Origin: Eledone cirrhosa
Lineage: Eukaryota
NCBI GenBank assembly: GCA_964016885.1
Contig: OZ024742.1
Coordinates: forward strand, 295,864,001-295,928,000
Reading direction: 5' to 3'
Length of the DNA: 64,000 nt
The translations under genes were made by a program, and so were the position numbers. Below, in pieces: positions 45,325-58,509 of this stretch (position 1 is the first letter of the stretch; each line of letters opens with the position of its first letter). The notes below the pieces were generated by a model. It saw nothing but the letters and a program-made list of their open reading frames with translations, did no database searches and was not told the origin of the DNA.

Positions 45325-45510
45325 AATAATTGCTTCTACTATTGGCACAAGGCCAGCAATCAGCCAGTGTATTACTGGTACTTTATTTTATCGACCCCGT
45401 AAGGGTGAAAGCAAAGTTAACTTCGGCGGGATTTGAACTCAGAATGGCAAGGGCCGTAACTCTGTGTCAAAGCATGGTGTCCGACCCTCTACCGATACTG
45501 CCAATCCACC
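45325..45510 (-). mobile_element. Nin/Deu-type tRNA SINE
   Basis: Reverse complement matches 41501-41690 and 61700-61878. Confidence 0.8.
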
Positions 45511-45538
45511 TACAAATACATATATATATATATATATA

Positions 45539-46852
45539 TATGTGTAAATATGATAATAATGATGGCTGCGCGTTGCAAATGGTGGTGCATATGAAAAAGT
45601 AAGTCCTTCATCAGTGACCCTCCAACCGTCCCAGGCATTTCATCGCTTTAAGGGCCATATGCCTCAGGTTGGTGCGAACAACGGCTAAAAAAAGTCGTTG
45701 GGACACGTAAATAAAGGGGACGTTAGGGTAACAAACAAAATGGTTTAAGCAACGGAAAGTGAGAAGAAATAGATAAGTCCCAGATCTCTAAGAATATAAA
45801 CTCGGTGAAATCGTGAACAAGAGACAAAAGACCATCAAACCTGGTTGAAATGTGAGCAAGGAAGGAATTTCGCACAGGTCTAACGGGGGGGGGGGGGAGA
45901 AAAAGAAGAAGAAGGGGTCTGGTCTACGAATTCGGTAAACATAAGTTTTGTGAAGTCGCAGACGAAAGAGAGAGAGAGAAAAAAATTCCATACCAGCTTG
46001 ACCAAGACCGCGCGAGAAAAGAATTACACACAGGTCAAACTGGAGGAGGAGGAGGAAAGAGGAGGAGGAGAGGTAGTGACAGAGAATGAGTGAGTGAAAG
46101 TTGAGGAGGAGGCTAACAGAGAGAGAGACTGCTAGAAAGGGTAAAAGGTACAAAGAACGAGAAAGGGTAAAAGGTACAAAGAACGAAACAGACGGGTGGC
46201 AGCAGAAGAAAAATTATGTGTAAATATGATAATAATGATGGCTGCGCGTTGCAAATGGTGGTGCATATGAAAAAGTAAGTCCTTCATCAGTGACCCTCCA
46301 ACCATCCCAGGCATTTCATCGCTTTAAGGGCCATATGCCTCAGGTTGGTGCGAACAACGGCTAAAAAAAGTCGTTGGGACACGTAAATAAAGGGGACGTT
46401 AGGGTAACAAACAAAATGGTTTAAGCAACGGAAAGTGAGAAGAAATAGACAAGTCCCAGATCTCTATGAATATAAACTCGGTGAAATCGTGAACAAGAGA
46501 CAAAAGACCATCAAACCTGGTTGAAATGTGAGCAAGGAAGGAATTTCGCACAGGTCTAACGGGGGGGGGGAGAAGAAGAAGAAGAAGAAGAAGAAGAAGG
46601 GGTCTGGTCTACGAATTCGGTAAACATAAGTTTTGTGAAGTCGCAGACGAAAGAGAGAGAGAGAAAAAAAATTCCATACCAGCTTGACCAAGACCGCGCG
46701 AGAAAAGAATTACACACAGGTCAAACTTGAAGGAGTGTCCCAACGACTTTTTTTAGCCGTTGTTCGCACCAACCTGAGGCATATGGCCCTTAAAGCGATG
46801 AAATGCCTGGGACGGTTGGAGGGTCACTGATGAAGGACTTACTTTTTCATAT
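45539..46852. repeat. 676-bp unit + partial direct copy + 118-bp inverted copy (PLE pseudo-LTR-like architecture)
   Basis: 45539-46040 ~ 46215-46727; 45589-45706 is the reverse complement of 46735-46852; TA runs on both sides. Confidence 0.88.
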
Positions 46853-47039
46853 ATATATATATAAATATATATATATCCATCTTTCTCTCTCTATATATAT
46901 ATATATTTTTTTTTTTCTTAGTCTTAGGTTCTTCCGCACCTTTTGGTGTATTGAGCAGTAAGTAGTTGCCAACGATCACAATCACTGGTGGCTTTTTCAC
47001 ATCCCTGCTATATATATATATATATATATATACTTCGTT

Positions 47040-47540
47040 TTTTAATTTGTTTTGCAAGATTTCTTATCTGGAAACGTGTAATGAAACAGATATTGTTATA
47101 ATTTTGGGAGGGTCATACTGCCAACAAAAACACACACACCTGTTGGTTTTCACTTCAATTTATTATAAATTTCTAGTCAGTTGGTTGGTACGATAAGCAG
47201 ATGGTTGTTTATATATTTGTGAAAGCTCTTTCGTCACACATTCTGTGACCTCCTCAGTGACTGGGTTTTTATTTTGTGTCTCTCCTTTGTTCTTTCCTAC
47301 ATCATGATGAACACCAACAGGTGCATTGCATGTGTTTTTATTGGCAGCATGACCCGCCTTGTGTGTAGATCTGGAATTCTTAGATAATATTTGGGTGGCA
47401 AATGAGTTTCTACAATACATTCTAATCTATATATTCATCTTGCTCCAGCCTCGGTCCACAGCCATGCTATTTTCTCTCTCCTTTCTGCAGCTACTACAAT
47501 AGTCTCTGCTCCACAGGGCTGACTGGTTTCATGCCATCTT
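47040..47540 (-). mobile_element. Highly degenerate PLE 3' end (GIY-YIG-like relic + terminal repeat)
   Basis: Frameshifted minus-strand reading PCGA..YCSSC..YRLEC..PKYY..SRSTH..APVGVH, followed by a motif shared with 11246-11370. Confidence 0.45.
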
Positions 47541-48086
47541 TAATCAGGCACACCCATATCACTTCTTTCAAAAAGTTGGTTCCACAAAAAGATTCTAATC
47601 ATAATTTCCAATCATAAATTTCCCCGTCTTTTAATAAAATATAATAATTTTTTTTCTAACATGAATGAATTGAATTGAATTAATTTTCACCTTTTTTTAT
47701 TATTTGACTCCAGAAAATAGTTTAATAATAACAGTGTATATAAACCCCAGATAGAAAAATGGGCATCAGCATGAATAGGAATCAAACTAACACCTCTTAT
47801 TTTCACAATAAGTGTTTTAGCCAAATACACCAACATACTCCCCTGTTTTTCTCCATGATATTTAGAAGTTATAATTTTGATAGTGATATATATACATATA
47901 TATTAGGTCATTAGAAGATGGCAGTAGAATTTGAAATTTCAATTAGTATTTTTTGACTTTCTGGGGGCTTATAAACCCAGATATTATGAAACTATTTTCT
48001 GCAGTGAAAGGTAAACATTCAATTCTACAAGGTGTTCACAAAGTCACTAAACAATTATATCAAAGGTATATATTGAGTGAATATAT

Positions 48087-49333
48087 ATAGCTGAATCTAT
48101 GGTAGAACTAGAGAATAAATTCCAAACCTGGAAGCAGGGACTAGAGAGAAAGGGCCTCAAAGTCAACATGACAAAGACTAAGGTCCTTATAAGTAGACGA
48201 GAAAACAGAACCCAGATCCCCTCAGGGAAATGGCCTTGCTCAGTATGTAGGAAAGGTGTAGGTAGGAACTCCATTCTTTGCCCCAAATGCAAACAATGGG
48301 TACACAAGAGATGTAGCGGGATCTCAGGAAGCTTAATTAAGAATGTAGGATTCACATGCAGCAGCTGTGCTGAAACAGCAAGCAAACAGCCGCAGGAAAC
48401 AAGTACCACCAATCTCTGGGAGGGCCCTGTAGAAACAGTAGACAGCTTCTGCTACCTAGGTGACCGAATTAGCAACGGAGGTGGGTGCTCAGAAAGTACA
48501 ATAACTAGGGTAAGAACGGGATGGAAGAAGTTTAGGGAACTACTACCACTGCTAGCTGCAAAAGGCTTCTCCCTCAGAATGAAAGGCAGACTGTATGATG
48601 CGTGTATCCGAACAGCGATGTTGCATGGTAGTGAGACCTGGGCGCTGAAGGTGGAAGACTTACGTAGATTAGAGAGAAACGAAGCCTGCATGCTCCGATG
48701 GATGTGTAACAGTAATATACGTGAACGACAAAGCATAAATGAATTGAGAGAGAGACTGAGCATAAGAGGAATCAAATGCTGCGTGCAGGAGAGGCGGTTA
48801 CGCTGGTATGGACATGTGATGCGTATGAAGGATGACAGCTGCATAAAAAGGTGCAGAGCACTAGAAGTTGATGGAAACCGCGGAGTGGGGAGACCCAAGA
48901 TGACTTGGGATGAGGTGATAAAAGCCGACCTTACCCAACTACACCTCTCAAAGTCAATGACACACGACCGTGACTTCTGGCGTCACGCAGTAATACAGGG
49001 TACCCGACCTCCCATGGGTACATGCTGAAGCATATAAACAATATGCCCCCCCCCCCCCACCGCAAGGTGGTCGTGGAGGTGCCACGGCAAAAAAGCACCC
49101 AGCCCACACTGTAAAGTGGACGTGTAGGCGCCACGAAAAAGCACCCAGCACTCACTGTAAATGAGGTTGGTGTTAGGAAGGGCATCCAGCTGTAGAAATC
49201 AAGCCAGATCAGTTCCTGTATGAGCAAGGCATGGTCAGCCGACCAGACACTGCCCACAACAGGACAACCCGTCTAACCCATGCTAGCGTGGAAGAACGGA
49301 CGTAAAACGGTGATGATGATGATGGTGATGATG
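48087..49333 (+). mobile_element. 5'-truncated RTE-PHD beta copy
   Basis: ORF 48099-49028; PHD at 48231-48368; (GAT)n tail. Confidence 0.94.
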
Positions 49334-49391
49334 AAACTCAAAATAGTCTCTTACAATAAAACAGCTCTAGGAAAGAGATTTTTCCAAGCCA

Positions 49392-49720
49392 TATATAATA
49401 ATTGAATATAAAAGAAAAACGAACACAGATATATACATATGTGTTCAAATCGTAAGGGACCAGATTCGCTAAGGTGAAAAGAATACTAACTATAGACAAT
49501 AGGGTTTTGTGAAACAGCATTACCAAAGTTGTCTGGGTGATTGGTAGTTACCACAATTCCGTTTATATATATTTTCTTGATTTATTCTTAAATTGAGTCT
49601 GGCAAACCCTATTGTCTATAGTTAGTATTCTTTTTCACCTTAACGAACCTGGTCCCTTACAATTTGAACACATATATGTATATATCTGTGTTCGTTTTTC
49701 TTTTATAAACAATTATATAT
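49392..49720. repeat. ~115-bp imperfect inverted repeat with ~95-bp spacer
   Basis: 49392-49507 versus the reverse complement of 49604-49720. Confidence 0.85.
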
Positions 49721-49881
49721 ATATATTTGTATAAAATTGTCTAGTGACTTTTGGGACACCCTGTATTTTCAAATTCCATCACTGTCTTCTAATCATGTGA
49801 TGAATGAATTATTTCTAACACAAAGTTTGTCACATTTAGTGTTTTATTGAAATTAATGTTGTATGGATTGACAGTAATATA

Positions 49882-50196
49882 CATGTTTCTTTATTAGCCA
49901 CAGGGGCACAAAAGAAGGGGACAAATACAAAGGGGGAAGTTTACATACAATAAAAACTTGTAAAATATTATCACAAATGCAATTTAAAAAATTAGTCAAT
50001 TTTCCCCAATAGGGGGAGACAGTTCATTTGGGTAACACATACCCCCCAAAAAATGTGCAACCCTCATCTCCAGGAGTACGAAGAGTTTGTACTCCTTTCC
50101 TCTCCTCCTCCTTTTCCTCAACCTACAGGATGATATAGAGAGAAGGCCCATTCACTCAGGCCATTCTCGCCACTTTCACCCACCTTTCATAAAACT
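49882..50196 (-). mobile_element. Short 3' fragment of a LINE (possibly L1/Tx1-like) with 18-bp TSD
   Basis: TGGATTGACAGTAATATA at 49864-49881 and 50197-50214. Minus strand has FYERWVKVARMA coding-like start and AATAAA near the end. Confidence 0.6.
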
Positions 50197-51320
50197 TGGA
50201 TTGACAGTAATATATAGTTATGTGTTCTCTGACTTTTTTTTTAAAATTGTATAAGGGTTCTGCAAATTTTTGAAAAATCATATAAGGATTCTGTGACTTT
50301 TTGAAATATTGTAGAAATAGCAGGGTTGAATAAATAAGTAGTGGGTTTGATATGATTGTCTAAATCCCTTCTAGCCATTAACCCAGTAGAAGCTGCAGAC
50401 TAATGACTAAAACCATCAAAAGAATAAAAGAAAGAACTCAATAATAGAGGATTGAAAGAAGTTTCATGATAAGTTTGGGAAGCACTGGATGGCATAAAAA
50501 AAACAACTAAAAACAGTTTCTAAATCTGATATTTATTGATTTATGAAACAGTTTCTGAGTGGATTGGACTCCTGACCATATTAAGTTAAGCAGCCTTTAC
50601 TTTGGTTCCTGCCAAGTCTTATATGAAGCTTGATAAAATACTAGTTGTTGTCAAGGTTGATAAAGTACGTGTTGGTGTCAGGGTTGATAAAATAAAACAT
50701 TAACATCTTTGCAATGTTCATGTTTTATAATAGAACACACTTTACAAAAGAATTGCTACAATTTGTTCAATCAACCGATCCATATGCTCACTAGAATTCT
50801 CTACAGAATTTTGGACAAAATAGGTTGATTGGAAAGGAAGTTTATGACTTTTGGGCAATCCAAGATGGCTATCAAAACTGTCAAAGATACACTGTATCAT
50901 AAGACTAATGTCTGATCAGATAGATGTGGCTTTATAAATTATATCAGAAGTTTTGTGCTGATCAGCTGAAAATAAAGCATGATTTCACTACTATTGATTT
51001 TCTCCTGTCAAGTGTTTTAGACTTTAAAACACAAAATCAAAATAGCTTGATGTATTTTTTTGCCCCTTTTCACATGTTTCTATGTTTATCATGTAAACAT
51101 TGATGTATCTTCTTCATGTATAATAGTTTTTCCCTCTGACTCAGAATTCGATTTAGAGGAAATTATCATCTAAATAGTATATAGCCCAATGTTTTATAGC
51201 TGGAGTAAGCAATAACAAAGCATTATCTATGTCTCTCTCTCTGTAAAGCAGACATAAAATGATGATGATATATATATATACAGCAGCTGTAGAAATCAAT
51301 ATATATATATATATATATAT

Positions 51321-51648
51321 ATATCATCATCATCATTTTACGTCCGCTTTTCCCTGCTTGCAAGGGTGGGACGGGAACTGAGTCTGGCTTGATTTCTACA
51401 GTTGGATGCCCTTCCTAACACCAACCTCATTTACAGTGAGTGCTGGGTACTTTTTTGCCATGGCACCTCCACGACCACTTTGCAGTGGAATGATAGGGAC
51501 TCCAGTCCTATCATCTTATTTCTACAGCTGAGTAAACTGGAGCAATGTGAAATAAAGTGTCTTGCTCAAGGAAACAACACATCACCCGGTCTGAGAATTG
51601 AACTCACAACCTTTCGATTGCAAGGCCAATCCTCTAACCAATCTAACC

Positions 51649-51650
<2 letters not shown>
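51321..51650 (-). mobile_element. Full-length tRNA-head SINE with RTE-PHD-beta-type 3' tail
   Basis: Minus strand: GGTTAGATTGGTTAGAG..GAGTTCAATTCTC..CCTTGAGCAAGACACTT..GGTGTTAGGAAGGGCATCCA..GGACGTAAAA(TGA)n. Confidence 0.8.
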
Positions 51651-51686
<36 letters not shown>

Positions 51687-53825
51687 ACGTATATATATAT
51701 TTATATATATATATTGTAAGTATGTATGTATACGTACATACATTTATGTATACAGACGTACAGTAGTATGTATATATATACATACATGCACACATATATA
51801 TATATATATGCACGTATCGGTTTACCGAACATATATTATAATGCTCGGTTTGTTTGTAAACAAACAAACACCCCGAATTACGCCGTACAGTGTTTAGGCA
51901 ACCACGTCACCTTATATATATATATATGTATATATGAATTGAAAACACAATGGCAGAGTGTGAGAGAACACCGTTGACAGAGAATTCTTTAGAACATTTG
52001 AAACCTCTCTTAAATTTAGAATGTTTTTGACAGATCATAGGATTTGTGTGTGACAGACGGACAAAAAGGTTGTACAGTTACTATCATTTATTCTAATTCA
52101 TCAGTATTTGTATTATATAAACATAAATACATAGCCAGATCTTAAGTGTGCAGCTATTTTATCATTTTTTTGTTCTTTAGAACATAACTATAAACAAATA
52201 TTGACAAACTTCTTCTTTAGTATCAGATCTAAAATGCTGAAGCTAAAATAGGTAACTCTTCTCTGATAGAGAGCATGAATAAACCACCAAAAGAACAACT
52301 GAAGTAATAAACGTAATAGAAAGCTTTATATATTTAAATTATATCCATAACTTTGACCATTTAAAGTAAGTTATATATTATTATATATGTAATAAATTGG
52401 CAGAGTCATCAGAGCATCAGATAGTGTGCTTTCTTGTGATTTTTATACCTATATGTATTCTGAGTTCAAATCCTGTTGAGGATACATTTGCTGTAAGACT
52501 TTTTTCAGGTTGATAAAGTACCACTAGAGTATAGTGGTTAACTTTTAGGAGTTCATGTATCTCCATCTTGTATGGTAATTAACCTCCTGTATTGTGGATG
52601 TTGTCTTCTCTGCCACTAGCCAAGTTGTTTGAGGACACCATTGACTTTGATTCATGGCTGCTCTTAAGTTTCATACAACAGTGGTTTCCTCAATTGACTT
52701 CTGTCAGTCTCAATCTGGTTTACTCAATAAGGTAACGTCATAAATGACTTTGTTTGGTAACAGTTGGTTTATTTTTGGAGTTACCTTCTCCTAGCCTCTT
52801 GCTTTACTAAACTGACAATTGAAGTAAACTGTCTGTTAATCCATTGCTTGGAGGCTGGTTCATATATTACCCGAACATATGCTATTATATAAACTGTTAA
52901 TTGAATAAGTAGGCATAAAATTGACAGTTGTTAGAATGGAGCAGTTGTTGACAAGTTCGGCTTGCACCCTCTGTCTTGCCACCAGAGCGCAGGCCAGTTC
53001 CCCCCGACATTTTTCCCTATTCTTTTCTTTCTTTTGTTTCCTTTTCTTTTTTTATTATTGCATTTATTATAGTTGTCATTATTATTATTACTGTAAATAA
53101 AATCAATGCCTCAATATTTGTTCTGGCTCTCTATGGTCTCAGTTTAAATCCTGCTGTGGTCAACTTTGCCTTCTAGCTTTGGGTTTTTTTAAAATAAAGT
53201 ACAAGTCAAGGGATAGTAATTTGCCAGAATTGTTTAAAGAGTCAGGCAGCATACTCTGCAGTAGCTGGTCTGACTCTATGCATTCTGAGTTCAAATTCTT
53301 TTACCAGGGGTTACAACTAGCAGATAGTATCAGCAATGGAAAAACCAATGAAAACATAGTTTCCTTGGTTCGATCTAATGATTGACTTCTTTCCTTTCCA
53401 ATAATGAAGTTCAACATATTTTACCATATTTTTTATTCTGATTTACGATTAGTTAAGAGTTCTACTTGTATATTTCACTGCTAAAAATGTAATTTATTTT
53501 AATCAAGCTCTAAACAGATATTAGGTTGAACAAAAGTTAGTTTCAGCAGATACAATTGTATTATTACAGTTTGTTCATTTTTCTTGTCTTTTCCATGAAT
53601 TGAAAATTTAGTAAATGCTAAATTGATTTTTAAAACAAATGAAGCTAAACTTACTAATGTTGGTATATATAAGTAGTACTGTTTTAGTACACAAATGGCA
53701 GTATGTATTGTATGCATATGTATACGTTTGTGTGTATATATATATATATGTATTTTATATATGTATTTATATGCATGTATATATATATATTAATATATGT
53801 ATATGCATGTATATATATATATTAA

Positions 53826-53856
<31 letters not shown>

Positions 53857-54027
53857 TACACATGTATAAATATGTGAGTTTGTTATGTTGCATTACTAAA
53901 GTAGGCAGTCCACTGTCTACAAATCTATTAACACTGCTTACTATATATGTGCTATGCTATTAATTTTACATTTTTGTTCTTTACTGAAATATTATTGAAA
54001 ACCAGCTTATTCTCATATATGTATGTT

Positions 54028-54071
<44 letters not shown>

Positions 54072-55254
54072 CATCAAAACTGTTTAATTCCATTTCTCTT
54101 GCAAGTACATATATATATATAGCTATTTATTCTCTAAATTACACTTTATATATATATCTTCTGTGAAAACTTTCATGATTTAACTGGGAAAAATGTTTTT
54201 GAACAATTGAATGATGTTTCTAATGCTTTGTGAAGGGGAAAAATAAGATGAAAATCTGTAAAATTCTGTACTGACATTTTATAAAACTGGTGACAACTTG
54301 ACGGTTATCACCATCACCATCATCACCATCACCATCACTGATTAACATCCATTTCCCATACTGGCATGGGTTAGGCAGGTTGTCACACTCTGAGGCTAGG
54401 CATTTTAGATGACTGTCTCATTCATATGTTCTGTTCTAATATTGTTTCTGTGGATAAGTTATTTTCCTATTGCTAATCACTTTATGGCATCTACTAGGTG
54501 CTTTTTTTGTAGCACCAATACTACCACCTGAAAAGTAGACTCGGCCCTTTTTATCATGGCACTAGCACTACTACTTTATCACAGAATAGTCTGAGTACCT
54601 TTTATCATGGCACCAGCATTTAGTACCTTACAGAGTGGGCTGGGTGCTTTTTACTGTGGCACCAGCACTACCACCTGATACGTAAATTCAACCATTTTTA
54701 TTGTGGCACTAGCACTACCACTTTATTATAAAGTTGACCGGGTCCCTTTAGCATAGACCAGCACTTAGTACCTTACACAGTGGGCTAGATGTGTTTTATT
54801 ATGGCACCAGCTCTAGCAGCACCATTAAAACTAACCATTCATATAAAAAATATATATGACATTTTATGTTTCTGACAGCAACTTCCAAATGAAAACGTTT
54901 ACTAATTCCCTCGGAATTTTTTATTATTTTCAACATTATTTGAAAATTATAGACAATGTTTTTCAATAAAAAATATGATAATGGAAGGCTTAAAACAAAA
55001 TCTAAAATTCAAAATATGTTTATACCATTATTAATTTATTATTCCAAACTTTTGATGTCATTATTCAAATACTATGAAAATTAATTTATACCGAATTATA
55101 CCAAACTGTCTGAAACCACTCTTAGTTTTACAATACAGAGTTATGTCCCAAACAATTTAATAGTGAAAAGTTTAGTTGCATAACAAAATATTTCCAAATT
55201 CTTGATTATTTTCAATATTATTTTAAAAACATATGTAATGATTTTCATTAGAAA

Positions 55255-55442
55255 TAATTGTTTCTACTTTTGGCACAAGGCCAGCAATTATCCAGTGCAT
55301 TACGGGTACTTTATTTTATCGACCTTGTAAGGATGAAAGGCAAAGTTAACTTCGGCAGGATTTGAACTCAGAATGGCAAGGGCCATAACTCTATGCATCA
55401 AAGCATGGTATCCGACCCTCTACTGATACTGCCAATCCACCA
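55255..55442 (-). mobile_element. Nin/Deu-type tRNA SINE
   Basis: Similar to 45325-45510. Confidence 0.8.
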
Positions 55443-56205
55443 ATATAGCAAAAGAGTTTAAAATGTAATGGTTTACCATTCCCTTCTAAATTCTTGATTA
55501 TTTTAAAAACTATTTGAAAATTGTGTGTAGTGTTTTTCTTAAGAAATATGGTTACAAAAGTGTTAAATAGATACTTTTATAAAGTAAACTTCTTGGGAAT
55601 ACATATTAGTGGATATGATTCATGTTTTATCAGCTTATCTTATGGAGTTATCATCCATTTGTGTATATCTTTTCATCTAATGCATATTAGGACATATTTC
55701 TTGTGGTTGTGGTGATAGTATGTAGAGCAAGAAAAGTAATATCACTCTTAATTCTTACCAGAAATAGATCAAAACCCATAGATCATAGTTTTCAAAATTC
55801 TTTGTGACCCTTAGGTCAATTTACTTAATCTGTTTAACTTTTACATGACTATATTTTGAACAAAAATAGCATTACTTTACTTCAAGTCATCTGACTGTTG
55901 GGTATTTAGTCAACCATATCACCTTCAAAACTTATTTGTTTTAAGTCATTGTTGAACCACTAAGTTATGATACATACAAAACAAATAAACTTAAACACAG
56001 ATACGAACACACACATACATGTGTGTGTATATATATATATTCGAAAGTATGGCTTTTTAATATGTCCCACATGGGTAAATATATATATATATATATGGAA
56101 TTAGGGCTCACAAGGGAACAGGGGAAGGCTTCAAGAACATCATCTTTGTCCTTTCCCTTGTCATTTTAATTTGGATTGCCTTGAGAATGTAACCTTATGT
56201 AAGAA

Positions 56206-56280
56206 GCTGTCTGATGAGATCATGGCACTGGGTACGTGGAATCACATGGCCACTGTCATCATTGAAATGTGTATCACAGC
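56206..56280 (+). ncRNA. Type I hammerhead ribozyme motif with long stem II
   Basis: GCTGT-CTGATGA-[GATCATGGCACTGG..CCACTGTCATCATT hairpin]-GAAA-TGTGTA-TC-ACAGC; predicted cut after C56275. Confidence 0.72.
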
Positions 56281-56371
56281 CTTATAAATAAAGGACTTTA
56301 ACATCTGAAACTACTTTGCATTTTCTTATTCTCTCTCTCTCTCTCTATATGTATATATATATATATATATA

Positions 56372-58509
56372 CTAGCAGAATGGCCCGGCGTTACTCGGGA
56401 TTTGCTCTAGGGTTCTTATATATTTGATATATATTTATCCTTATTGAGCCTCGTGAAATAAATACGTTTATTTATATTTTGTTATTGTGTATGCAAAAAT
56501 ATCTGTGCACGAATATATAATTATATATATATCTACTTATATATATAACCAGCAATTTCTCTGTCTGTCTGTCTGACAGTGGAAACACGTGCGTGTGAAT
56601 GTTTTTTGCACACGCGTAGAGTGAGAGTGAAAGAAAGAGACAGACTACGAGAGGGGGATAGCGGGAGGGAGGGAGAGAGAGAGAGAGAGTGAATAGACGT
56701 TAAAACACGTGCTACAGAAATATTACCTTCCCCTTCCTTTCTACACTTTGGTACTACCAAGAGAAACACTGTCGCTATAGAAACATTACCTCTCCACTGA
56801 CTTTGGTCACTGAGGCCGAGGGAATCGCACAAGCCAGAAGTAACCAGTTCGAGGCGGTTCTGACTTGACACCATGCCAAGTCTACTTATAATATATAATG
56901 GGCATTTCTCTGTTTGTTTGTTTGTCTGTCTGTCCGTCTGTAAAAAATGCCAAGGAAACAAATAGACGCGGTTTCAAATCTCTATGCTTTTCAAATTCAT
57001 TACATTAATCCTTATTTATACGTTTCGCTTTACGAGTGTTTCGACTTACGAGTGTTTCGGCTTATCATTATATATAAACGTTTCTATTTCCATCGTTTTA
57101 TCGTAAACGTTTATATATTTCCATCGTTATATCATAACGTTTATGTATCATAACGTTTATATTTCCGTCACTAATCTCTTTTTCTCCTTTTTCGTTTTAA
57201 CATATATTTATTTCAAAGATTTCACCGTATAGATAACATATATATTTATACATGCATAAAAGACACACCGAGAGACGGTGAACATGGGGTGCCGAAAACA
57301 TTTCTTATCCAAATCTCAACAATATCAGTATATACACTAGATTTGCTAGCAGAAAACCGCCCACCGGGTGGTTTTCTGCTAGTCTATATATCTAAAACAG
57401 ATAATGTCTGTCTGTCTGTCAGCTCACTAAAACTTGAGAACCACCCAACCGATTGTTTTCAAACTTTACACATGTAATACTTATGGTCCTGTGAGTGTTT
57501 TGAGCAAAAGATATTTCAAATGTTCAATGCCCTAGGGACCGCATTAGGCGATTTAGCGATCTCTCTCTATAATTCTTAGTCTTTCTTTTTAGATAGATAC
57601 ATAGATATAAAGTTGCGCCCTTATAATATCTGTCTGTATGTCTGGCTGTCTGCATTACGTCATTATGACGCGATCAGTGTGTGTGTGTATATATATGTAT
57701 CGTAATGCAGATAGCAAGACATATAGCTTTCCTTCACCTCTTCCAGCGTCTCTCTCTCTCCTGCTATCCCCCTCTTTTAGTATGTCTGTTTCTTTCACTC
57801 TCACTCTTTCTCTTTATAACTCACTCACATTAATACTAAAGGGTTAAGGTATTTATTGTTCTCAAAATAAATAATATTAAATCTATGAGATTTTTATATT
57901 ATGTGAGATAAAGCCTTTACCATGAAAATAATATAGTATATATAATGTAAATGCTAAAGGGTTAATTCCATCAGACCATGTGAGAGAGTTTATAATCACT
58001 CACGCACACATACACACTCACGCATGCAAACGCACACAAACTCACACACACATGCGCGCACGTACACACACACACACAATAGTTATTCCACTGTCATGTA
58101 TCTTTGACGCATACAACTCTCAAAAGACGGCGTCTGTCACTCTCTCTCTCTCTCTCTCTCTCTCCCGCTATCCCCCTCTTTTAGGCTGTCTGTTTCTTTC
58201 ACTCTCACTTTTTCACTCTGTAACTCGTTCACATTTCTCCCCTCTATCGAAAAACGCTGTGACGAATGGGGAGGAGGAGGAGTAGAGAGCCACTTCTTCA
58301 CTTCGCTTCTCCGTTTCTTTCTCTCCCTTCTCACTCCCTCATTGGCCACGTCACTAATTCGATCCCTAGGTCAGAATAATTTGAAATTCTTTTTTGCTCA
58401 AAACCCTTCCGGGTCACATGTGTAAAGTTTGGAAAAAAACGGTTGGGTACTTCTCGAGTTTTAGGGAAACAGACACACAGACAGACATCCTCTGTTTTAT
58501 ATATATAGA
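56372..58509. mobile_element. Cluster of nested non-autonomous Helitron-like elements
   Basis: Minus-strand 3' end CCCGAGTAACGCCGGG..CTAG|T at 56372-56399. Plus-strand 3' hairpin + CTAG|T at 57345-57382. TCTA..(GTCT)n 5' heads at ~56532, 56881, 57383 (+) and 58509 (-). Confidence 0.72.

Larger units (their letters stand above)
48028..49763. mobile_element. Tc1/mariner-type MITE (CAGGGTGT TIRs, TA TSD) interrupted by nested insertions
   Basis: TA-CAAGGTGTTCACAAAGTCACTAAACAATT ... AATTGTCTAGTGACTTTTGGGACACCCTG-TA. Confidence 0.7.

Noticed and set aside
46785-46852. Hammerhead ribozyme from CTGATGA plus upstream GAAA (type II) or downstream GCAACGCGCA
   Set aside because: Stems I-III cannot be paired convincingly; kept only as a possible relic.
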